64,000 nt of DNA from a virus (Duplodnaviria > Caudoviricetes): positions 1,343-65,342 of IMG/VR virus record IMGVR_UViG_3300030104_005071. One strand, 5' to 3'. Position numbers and translations under genes: made by a program. Of this stretch, positions 39,215 through 46,393 are shown piece by piece. Each line of letters opens with the position of its first letter. Positions within the stretch are counted from its first letter, which is position 1. The notes beneath the pieces are model-generated. The model was not told where the DNA came from. It saw only the letters and a list, made by a program, of their open reading frames with translations, and ran no database searches.

Positions 39215-39790
39215 ATGCGTCCGTTCCTTCTCGATTATGTTGAGTCGTTAGGACATGCTGTATTTGAATCAGGTGACTATAATCTGAACATTATTGGTAT
39301 TCGCAGCAAGGATCACAAGGCCAATAGCTTTGATGACCGCATTTGTGTCGTGTTTAGGGACGAACAAGGCTGGATTACCCGCACTTGGGAATGTACTACT
39401 GAGCCTGGTAAGTACTGGCTTGAGAACCCTACTCGCGTAGAAGGCACTGCTATACTTGTTCCCGGTCAGTACCGATCTGTTTGGAAGATCGACAAGCACC
39501 AGGGAAAGTACGATGCGCTCTGCCAAAGGAACGGCCCGGTCAAGACTTACAGGGACAGCAATAAAGACGACATTGTTGATCTTGATGTACAGTCTATTAC
39601 TGAAGGCTATTATGGAATCAATATCCACAAAGCTGGATCAGCATCGACGCAAGTAGACAAGTGGTCTGCTGGGTGTCAGGTTTTTAGTCACAGTAAGGAC
39701 TTTGAAGAGTTTATGTCTATCTGCTACGCGGCAAGGGGGAAGTGGGGTAACAGCTTTACCTATACGCTGATTGATGAACCGGAGCTTTAA
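39215..39790 (+). CDS. Putative endolysin with YkuD/L,D-transpeptidase-like His...Cys motif
   Basis: NIIGIR...FDD...TTEPG...GINIHKAG...WSAGCQV; start moved to ATG 39215. Confidence 0.65.
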   Translation: MRPFLLDYVESLGHAVFESGDYNLNIIGIRSKDHKANSFDDRICVVFRDEQGWITRTWECTTEPGKYWLENPTRVEGTAILVPGQYRSVWKIDKHQGKYDALCQRNGPVKTYRDSNKDDIVDLDVQSITEGYYGINIHKAGSASTQVDKWSAGCQVFSHSKDFEEFMSICYAARGKWGNSFTYTLIDEPEL

Positions 39791-40095
39791 TGGAAGCATT
39801 AATCGATTCATTATTAGCTGATGGTCATTTAGGAATCTTTGCTGCTTTTCTAATCTATCAATTTGTCACGATGCAAAAGCGCCTCGATAAGTTGGTAGAA
39901 GGGTTTCAAGAACAACTAGACGACATTCGAAAGGAGTATGACGAGCGATCTGAAAAGATGCGTGAGCGATATGATAAAGTCATCAAAGAGTACAGAGATA
40001 CAAATGATTCTCAGTCCAAAGACTTTTTGATTACTCGAACAAAAGTACACAACGACATTGTTTCGAAGCTCGATCGTTTGTTGGAAAAAGCCTAA
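39790..40095 (+). CDS. Holin-like protein (single TM plus coiled coil)
   Basis: GHLGIFAAFLIYQF followed by a charged helix; coupled to the endolysin. Confidence 0.5.
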   Translation: MEALIDSLLADGHLGIFAAFLIYQFVTMQKRLDKLVEGFQEQLDDIRKEYDERSEKMRERYDKVIKEYRDTNDSQSKDFLITRTKVHNDIVSKLDRLLEKA

Positions 40096-40162
40096 CCCCC
40101 CACCCACATCGTTACGCCCCTGTCCAGGGGGATAGCATGAGCGATTCCTACCGGGTGGGGGG
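40096..40162 (+). terminator. Long GC-rich hairpin between convergent operons
   Basis: CCCCCCACCC/GGGTGGGGGG outer stem, ATCGTT/AGCGAT, CCCCT/AGGGG. Confidence 0.5.
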
Positions 40163-40166
40163 CCCG

Positions 40167-40478
40167 CTATTCTTCGTCATAAATAATTACACGATAAGAT
40201 AAGTCTAACTCTTCGTGTTCTTGAAGCATGTTGCAACCCATCGCAACAAAAAGAAAAAATGATTTCTCGTCCATATCTTTTGGTTTGGAATTTGTTGAAG
40301 TAGAGCAGCCCAAAGATGCTCGAATATCGTAAACCGAGCACACACCGATGGCTCTACCTTGGGCGTCAACGGAATCAATTAAGTAGTCGCAACGACCAGT
40401 TTCATCGTGAGGTAACTTAGAATCAATAATATCTAAGTGACGGCAACAAGCACCGCACATGGTACACGGAAACTTCAT
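40167..40478 (-). CDS. YkgJ-family CxxCxxCC cysteine-cluster protein
   Basis: FPCTMCGACCR...GRCDYL...CSVYDIR...C. Confidence 0.75.
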   Translation of the reverse strand: MKFPCTMCGACCRHLDIIDSKLPHDETGRCDYLIDSVDAQGRAIGVCSVYDIRASLGCSTSTNSKPKDMDEKSFFLFVAMGCNMLQEHEELDLSYRVIIYDEE

Positions 40479-40738
40479 TAGGCTTCAGGAATATCGTGAT
40501 AGAACAAGTCAGCCGTGCGGTCTAAAAGATTCTCAGATGCCTCTGCGGGGTCATCACCGATGCCAACTGCAATACGCACACCACAAATAAATAGAGCGAA
40601 GCCACCATCAACTGTGCCGACTTCGACATCGTCGTAACCTAGATCTTCTAGGGCCAGTATTAATTGTGCGCCGTTAATCACTACAGTATTGTGAATCTCT
40701 AGTTCTGCGTTGAAACTCATAACCGCATTGTAACTCAT
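40478..40738 (-). CDS. Hypothetical acidic protein
   Basis: 86 aa from ATG 40738 (ATGA overlap). Confidence 0.55.
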   Translation of the reverse strand: MSYNAVMSFNAELEIHNTVVINGAQLILALEDLGYDDVEVGTVDGGFALFICGVRIAVGIGDDPAEASENLLDRTADLFYHDIPEA

Positions 40739-41043
40739 CTCTTCGCCCATCTCCCTGGACCAGTCCGCGCATTTATACGTACACGCTCGCCAAGATCTAC
40801 TAAACAGGCAACCCAAGCCTCGTAACGAACGGGTTCGTTAAATGATTTTTTTGTCGAAGACGAAAAAGCTTCAGATAATCCCTTCACAATTCTCATTGTC
40901 GGCAATCGTTGACCTGATTCGATTCGACTAATCTCTGCTTGAGTTAATCCAGACTCCCTGGCAAGGTCTGCCTGACTCCAATTTCTTGAGTCTCGATACT
41001 TTGCTATTGTCTTTGAAAATTGATTTACTAATTCAGGTGCCAT
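40735..41043 (-). CDS. XRE-family HTH transcriptional regulator
   Basis: WSQADLARESGLTQAEISRIESGQRLPT; SD GGAG before ATG 41043. Confidence 0.85.
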   Translation of the reverse strand: MAPELVNQFSKTIAKYRDSRNWSQADLARESGLTQAEISRIESGQRLPTMRIVKGLSEAFSSSTKKSFNEPVRYEAWVACLVDLGERVRINARTGPGRWAKR

Positions 41044-41100
41044 CACTACTCCAATAACCGTTACGGTAGCACGATTAAACAGATAAATCAAGTAATAGTC

Positions 41101-41129
41101 TTGACGTAACGGTAAGTATACTATAAGCT
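41101..41129 (+). promoter_or_regulatory. Sigma70-type promoter for the replication operon, overlapping a divergent -10 (TATACT)
   Basis: TTGACG-N17-TAAGCT. Confidence 0.55.
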
Positions 41130-41147
41130 CCAATCAAAGAGGTCCAA

Positions 41148-43076
41148 ATGACAGGCCAACCCGAATTAGAATACGTAATAAAGACATTCCAGAACGATGA
41201 GCAATTCATGGGCGAAGTTGAATCTTTGATTCCTGGTTGCATGGTTTACCTACGTCAAGGTAGCTCTCGTTGGGCGCGACTTAAAAACGCTAACCCCGAT
41301 TACCTAAGCAATCGAGAAGAGTGGTTTATTAGAGCGCCACTTCACGGGGCATGGTTAGTCGAACGAATGTTGAACGCATCAGGTGTTCGCTATTGGTGTC
41401 AGGCAACTTCTGGTTCTATGCTTGTGCAGCCTTGGTCCAACAACGAAATAAAAAGAAGCGAGCTTGAGTCCGAAGGTAAAAGACTCATTGGTAAAGCCAT
41501 AAACAGAAGAGAGATACGAAGCTACGTTGCAGATATTGCCACCCCGTACCAGTTTATGGGTGTCGCGTGGGCACATTCTCGACCATACGTCATGAATGTT
41601 TGGGCTTGCGGTTCAGGTAAGACTTTAGGTGCTTTGATGTCCGCAACATCGCGTGAGGGCGACATTGTCGTCGTTTGCCCCGCGAAGGCTCGTCATGTTT
41701 GGTGGAGTCAGGTCCAGGAATACACAAACATTAAGCCATTCAGGGTTAAACCAAAGGCTGAGATTAGGAAAAAAGACCAGACTTTCGAAGACTACGAACA
41801 TGCTTGCCGAGAAACGGGGCAACGAAAGTTTGTTATCGTCGGCGCAGAATCTATTGCTGATAACGTAGACTTAATCAAAGCGATCGAGCCGTCTGTTGTA
41901 ATCTTTGATGAGATTCATACGCATGGCAACAGCAAAAGGTGGAAGGCTGTACACAACGTAAACGGCACCATTCGTTTCGAGAAACGTAAGACGACTGCCA
42001 GCAACAACCCCAACTCAAAAGTTAATCGCCACGCACGCGCAGTATCCATCATGGAGGTGTCGCGCATCGCCAGCATTCAACTGCGCATTGGCTTGACAGC
42101 AACGCCGCTCGACGACGGTCGACCCCGACGCCTATGGTCACAACTGGACTTACTTGCTCCTGGCGGCTTCTCCCACAGCTACTCCAACTTTGCGCACCGT
42201 TACTGTTCCGCACGACCTGGAACCTACGGTGGTCTCGAAGATGGAGGTTCGTCCAACATTGAAGAGTTAAAGGCCCGTTGCTCCTTTCTTGTCCATGAGG
42301 TTCCTTACAGCGAATCACATTCAAGTTTGCCTAGCACGCGGGTCCAGGTTGATTATCTGACAAACTCTGAGTTGAATCGTGCCGATAGGTTTAGCGACGA
42401 CCAAACGTTTACTCAGGCGGTGCGACAAATAAACCGTGAAGTGGGTAAAACCAATGACGGAAGAGAGCGCGTCGTTGAGGTGCGTCTTGCCGAGGCATGT
42501 AGCCGTAAACGTAAGTATGTGATTGAGGAAGCTATTGAGGGTCTAAAGGGCGGAGGTAAGGTGGTTATCTTCACCGCTCGTAGGCGAGAGACGGAGTTGT
42601 GGGCACATCAATTGCGTAATCAGTTGTCGAAGGGTGATGAGGCGCAGAAGGGTGTGCCCGTATGGATGGCTCATGGTGGCGTATCGGAAACAGAGCGCGA
42701 CGAAATGGTTGATGCGTTCCGTAATAGCGACACTGCGTGTTGTCTGGTGGCTACAGGGCAGAGTGTGGGTACTGGTGTAGACGGTATGCAGACTGCAAAC
42801 CTGGCTATTTTTGCGATGCTCCCTTGGAAGCCTGGTGACTTTGTCCAGTGGAAGGGTAGGTTCGACCGACTTGGTGGAAGTCCTACTTTGTTGAAGGTTG
42901 TTGTGGCTCAAGGCACCTATGACGAGCGAGTCGTACAGATTCTCGTTGATAAGTTTGGGCCGATTGAAACGTTCTTGAAAGCCGATGAGCTTGATGGATT
43001 GAGTGAAAAGCTTCTTGGTATGGAAGATGAAGAGGCGCTTGTAAGTAGCATTATTAGCAAGCTGGAAGTAGCATGA
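41148..43076 (+). CDS. SNF2/SF2 helicase
   Basis: CGSGKT, VVCP, FDEIH, LTATP, GTGVDG, QWKGRFDRLG. Confidence 0.85.
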   Translation: MTGQPELEYVIKTFQNDEQFMGEVESLIPGCMVYLRQGSSRWARLKNANPDYLSNREEWFIRAPLHGAWLVERMLNASGVRYWCQATSGSMLVQPWSNNEIKRSELESEGKRLIGKAINRREIRSYVADIATPYQFMGVAWAHSRPYVMNVWACGSGKTLGALMSATSREGDIVVVCPAKARHVWWSQVQEYTNIKPFRVKPKAEIRKKDQTFEDYEHACRETGQRKFVIVGAESIADNVDLIKAIEPSVVIFDEIHTHGNSKRWKAVHNVNGTIRFEKRKTTASNNPNSKVNRHARAVSIMEVSRIASIQLRIGLTATPLDDGRPRRLWSQLDLLAPGGFSHSYSNFAHRYCSARPGTYGGLEDGGSSNIEELKARCSFLVHEVPYSESHSSLPSTRVQVDYLTNSELNRADRFSDDQTFTQAVRQINREVGKTNDGRERVVEVRLAEACSRKRKYVIEEAIEGLKGGGKVVIFTARRRETELWAHQLRNQLSKGDEAQKGVPVWMAHGGVSETERDEMVDAFRNSDTACCLVATGQSVGTGVDGMQTANLAIFAMLPWKPGDFVQWKGRFDRLGGSPTLLKVVVAQGTYDERVVQILVDKFGPIETFLKADELDGLSEKLLGMEDEEALVSSIISKLEVA

Positions 43077-43618
43077 TTAAAGTCGAGTTTATTTGCGACG
43101 GCTGCGGGAAGTCCGAGACACAAGAATTTAAGGGTGTTTTTAGGTACATACCAATCACACCTCCTTGTTGGAATCGAGCTGCCGGTGTTCTCCGGTGTCC
43201 GAAATGTTTAAAGGCTAAGCGAGCTAAGAAAGATAGAACACACGCTGATCCGTTTTGGGTTTGTTCTGCTTGTTTTAGCACTGTAACTAACTCAACAAAG
43301 AAGAACGGATCACGTCACGTACAGCGTTTTAGAGACGAATTAAAAAGTCCGTACGCGCATATAAAAGAGTTTGATCGATGGCCTGGATCTAGGTGCAAAC
43401 CACCAAGAGACATATTTTTTTACGGGCCGTTTAAAGACCGACAAGTAATCGATAAGATTATTTTTGAGGCTGTGCAGTGTCACATTAACAAACGTGAATC
43501 GAGAGGTTTTTCTCGGCGGGCTGATTGGACTGAAAAGCAAACCGCTGCATTACGAAAAGACCTTCATAGTTTACTCCTACAAAAAACTGATAACAGCAAG
43601 ACCAAAGAGAGGTGTTAG
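43073..43618 (+). CDS. Cys-rich (zinc-finger) basic protein
   Basis: CDGC, CPKC, CSAC. Confidence 0.6.
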   Translation: MIKVEFICDGCGKSETQEFKGVFRYIPITPPCWNRAAGVLRCPKCLKAKRAKKDRTHADPFWVCSACFSTVTNSTKKNGSRHVQRFRDELKSPYAHIKEFDRWPGSRCKPPRDIFFYGPFKDRQVIDKIIFEAVQCHINKRESRGFSRRADWTEKQTAALRKDLHSLLLQKTDNSKTKERC

Positions 43619-43619
43619 C

Positions 43620-43808
43620 GTGAGCGAGTTTGAACGTATGTGCCGATTGGTGCATGTAGTCTACGAAGACATGATTGATGAGCATGAGCCTTATTTTGAC
43701 GGGGATATTCGGAAAGACGATTGGAGTGAGGGGCTTCGAAATGATTTTCTCGAGCGAGTAGTCGAGTTGCTTCAGATTAAAATTAATGAATTTATGGGCG
43801 CGGCGTGA
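43620..43808 (+). CDS. Small hypothetical protein
   Basis: GTG 43620 with SD GAGG, 62 aa, GTGA overlap with the next gene. Confidence 0.55.
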   Translation: MSEFERMCRLVHVVYEDMIDEHEPYFDGDIRKDDWSEGLRNDFLERVVELLQIKINEFMGAA

Positions 43809-44794
43809 GAAAGATTCTTATCGACGCAGGTCGATCATCTCGTGGGTGGTCTCGTATCGGAACCTTTTCTCGGTGTCCGCAGTTGTTTGCCTACGGCCAA
43901 CGGCTCAACTTAGAAATGATCCCCGCTCACGCCTTGACTCGCGGTAGCATGGGCCACGTCATCCAGGCGCATCAACATGCAATCTGGGGAGCAGCTTCGG
44001 CTGAAGGTGTTTGGGTCGATGAGACATGGCACGATGACCCCACTGTGTTTCTCGATCCTGAAGAAGCCGTACAGATGTGGTGCGGCACCAATGGTGGGCA
44101 TGAGCACCTTGATAGAATGCTTGAAACCTTTGAGCGATACATGGCTCAGCATCCTGAACCTCCAGGCAACGTAATAAAAGTCGAGTACCCAGTAACTGCG
44201 GTGCTGGGGAACAAGGATAATCAATGGGGGTTATGGGTTGTTCACTTAGACGATACTAATTTCGACCGCCGTACGTCAAAGGTAAAGGCTTGGGATGGCG
44301 GAATCATTGAGCCTACTCCGTTGAATTGTCCTGGTCACCCCGAATCTGGTGAAGCCTTGGTACTCACACGACGCCTCGACATGGTGACGAAAGAGAGGGG
44401 TGGCCGTACGTTTATATGGGATCACAAACACCAGGCACGGGTACAAGCCAACAAGAGTGTCGATGGTTACGCAATTGATGGTGGGTTTGCCGCATTTAGA
44501 ATCATGGGTAAGCAGATGTACGGCAGTAACTTCGGTGGTCTCGGCCTTAATTTGATTCAGACACAGTCACCCTGGCGCGTAGCTCGGCCAATGGTTCCGG
44601 CGACACCACACAGGGACGCGCACTTTGCTCAGATGCTTTGGCGTGAAGAACATAGACTGGCGCGACTTGAGGTAGACTCGCCAACCTTTTGGGACTGGCC
44701 TAAAGTGCAGCATGAAACCTCATGCATCGGGCGGTATGGAGCTTGTCCTGGTATTAAGTTTTGCTTCTACGGCGATGCCGCGAAAACAATTTAG
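43805..44794 (+). CDS. PD-(D/E)xK nuclease, Cas4/AddB-like
   Basis: SRIGTFSRCP, GSMGH, VEYP, RLD...IWDHK, C-terminal CIGRYGACPGIKFC (4-Cys staple). Confidence 0.75.
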   Translation: MRKILIDAGRSSRGWSRIGTFSRCPQLFAYGQRLNLEMIPAHALTRGSMGHVIQAHQHAIWGAASAEGVWVDETWHDDPTVFLDPEEAVQMWCGTNGGHEHLDRMLETFERYMAQHPEPPGNVIKVEYPVTAVLGNKDNQWGLWVVHLDDTNFDRRTSKVKAWDGGIIEPTPLNCPGHPESGEALVLTRRLDMVTKERGGRTFIWDHKHQARVQANKSVDGYAIDGGFAAFRIMGKQMYGSNFGGLGLNLIQTQSPWRVARPMVPATPHRDAHFAQMLWREEHRLARLEVDSPTFWDWPKVQHETSCIGRYGACPGIKFCFYGDAAKTI

Positions 44795-44802
44795 GAGAGA
44801 CA

Positions 44803-45780
44803 ATGATTGAAGACAACGAACATCCTAGTGTGATGATTACCGTTTACGGTAAACCCAAACAGAAGAAAACGAGTGATGCATTAGCTGCATTTCCAAGAGC
44901 GTTGTTCTTGGGTGTGCCTTCAGCGATCACATTGGTTGCACAGAACGAGTTGGGTTTTACTCCATCGGTTCATTCGGATTCGCCTAAGAACCTGACCGAG
45001 CTTGTCAGTATGCTCAAAAGCTTTACTGAGTTAGATCCGGCTGAGTACGACGCATTGGTAATCGACGACACAAGTCACTTGTGCCAGCGTTCAATGGTTG
45101 AGTGGCAAGAGAGTGCGCCGATGGGACGAAGCGGGAAGAAAGATAAATTCTACCCGTACCAACAATTAAGTCAGCACCTACTTGAGATTGCACATACAGC
45201 ACGGTACTTAAACGTTCACCTGCTTATGAATTTTCACGAACGTACACCAGGAACAAACGCTGAAGGACGGTTCTGCCCCGGCGGCCCAGATGTACCATCT
45301 CGGAACCAAGTAGAAACGTTACCGTCATGGTGTGACATCAATGTCCGTTCAATGCTTGACCCAACATACCCAGATCCCTGGTTCCCAAGCATCTATTATT
45401 GCGACCCAACAAACCCTGAATGGGTGACGGGAGATCGAACCGGTACATGTTCTGCAAAGACACCGGGCAACTTGCGCGAGATTTTACGTGCCAGTAAGAG
45501 CAACTATCACTTGAGCCGACTTCCCGGTCTGGAATGGCAAGATGAGGTTGCAGAATCTGTAGCAAACGCTATGATTGAGGGTGCTGCTGTTCAGGATGCT
45601 ATCCAGTCAGCAGTGTCAGGTCGGACTGACAATCGGTTGCATCTTCGTTGGGCGTGCCAGGATGGCATTGCGCGTGGCGTTTTGAGGCAGCAGAGTACCC
45701 AGTCTCTTTTTGATTTCTCGGAACCTGAAACAAACAAAGCTTCATCTCCGAGTCTTCCACCACCACCACCAACTAACTAA
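44803..45780 (+). CDS. AAA_24/Sak4-like ATPase (recombinase)
   Basis: ITVYGKPKQKKTS, LVIDDTS, NFHE; between nuclease and SSB. Confidence 0.7.
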   Translation: MIEDNEHPSVMITVYGKPKQKKTSDALAAFPRALFLGVPSAITLVAQNELGFTPSVHSDSPKNLTELVSMLKSFTELDPAEYDALVIDDTSHLCQRSMVEWQESAPMGRSGKKDKFYPYQQLSQHLLEIAHTARYLNVHLLMNFHERTPGTNAEGRFCPGGPDVPSRNQVETLPSWCDINVRSMLDPTYPDPWFPSIYYCDPTNPEWVTGDRTGTCSAKTPGNLREILRASKSNYHLSRLPGLEWQDEVAESVANAMIEGAAVQDAIQSAVSGRTDNRLHLRWACQDGIARGVLRQQSTQSLFDFSEPETNKASSPSLPPPPPTN

Positions 45781-45796
45781 ACAAAAAGGAGTCATT

Positions 45797-46372
45797 ATGA
45801 CTATCAAAGTAGCAGGCAACGCGTTTCAAGGTATCAGTGCTCTTGGGTCTTCCGTACCCGAGGCAGGATTTTACGAGGTCAGTATCGTAAATCTCGAGCG
45901 TACTGGAAACGACAAGCCCACAACTCGTCGGGTTTACGTTCAATTCGAAAACGGATTTAAGATGTTTTCGTTCCTTAGCGTTCCATTCGACGACAATGGA
46001 AACATTCTCTCGGATCTAAGTGAGAAGCAAGTCCGTGGTCGCATGGCCGTCTTGCGTTCTATTCTTGAGTCGCTTGGCTACAGTGCCGCTGACATTGAGG
46101 GTGCCACTGAGATCAACACTGCCTGGTTCCTGACCAGCCAGAACCAAGGCCGCAAGGCTTTCGTTGAGTTTGTTCCTGGGCAGAAGGGTGTTCAGGGTTC
46201 TTACAACGAAATCGGAAAGTGGCTTACTAAGCAACAATTCGATGCGCTTAAGAAGTCTACAAACGTAGCCAGCACCAACAGTGCGCCTGCCGTGTCTAAC
46301 GGAGCACCCGTACCACCGGCTGGAGTTTCTTTGCCTCCACCTGCAAGCGCGGCTCAAGGCATCGTTAGCTAA
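45797..46372 (+). CDS. Probable single-stranded DNA-binding protein (DUF669-like)
   Basis: VPEAGFYEVSI...YNEIGKW; follows the Sak4-like gene; SD AAGGAG. Confidence 0.6.
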   Translation: MTIKVAGNAFQGISALGSSVPEAGFYEVSIVNLERTGNDKPTTRRVYVQFENGFKMFSFLSVPFDDNGNILSDLSEKQVRGRMAVLRSILESLGYSAADIEGATEINTAWFLTSQNQGRKAFVEFVPGQKGVQGSYNEIGKWLTKQQFDALKKSTNVASTNSAPAVSNGAPVPPAGVSLPPPASAAQGIVS

Positions 46373-46393
46373 ACATAGACCAGGGAACCACCT

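Noticed and set aside
44845-44875. AAG recoded to Gly (both TerL and Sak4-like Walker A have AAG at the Gly position)
   Set aside because: AAG also encodes the invariant Lys in helicase GSGKT, TerL KxRQ and PolA motif B.
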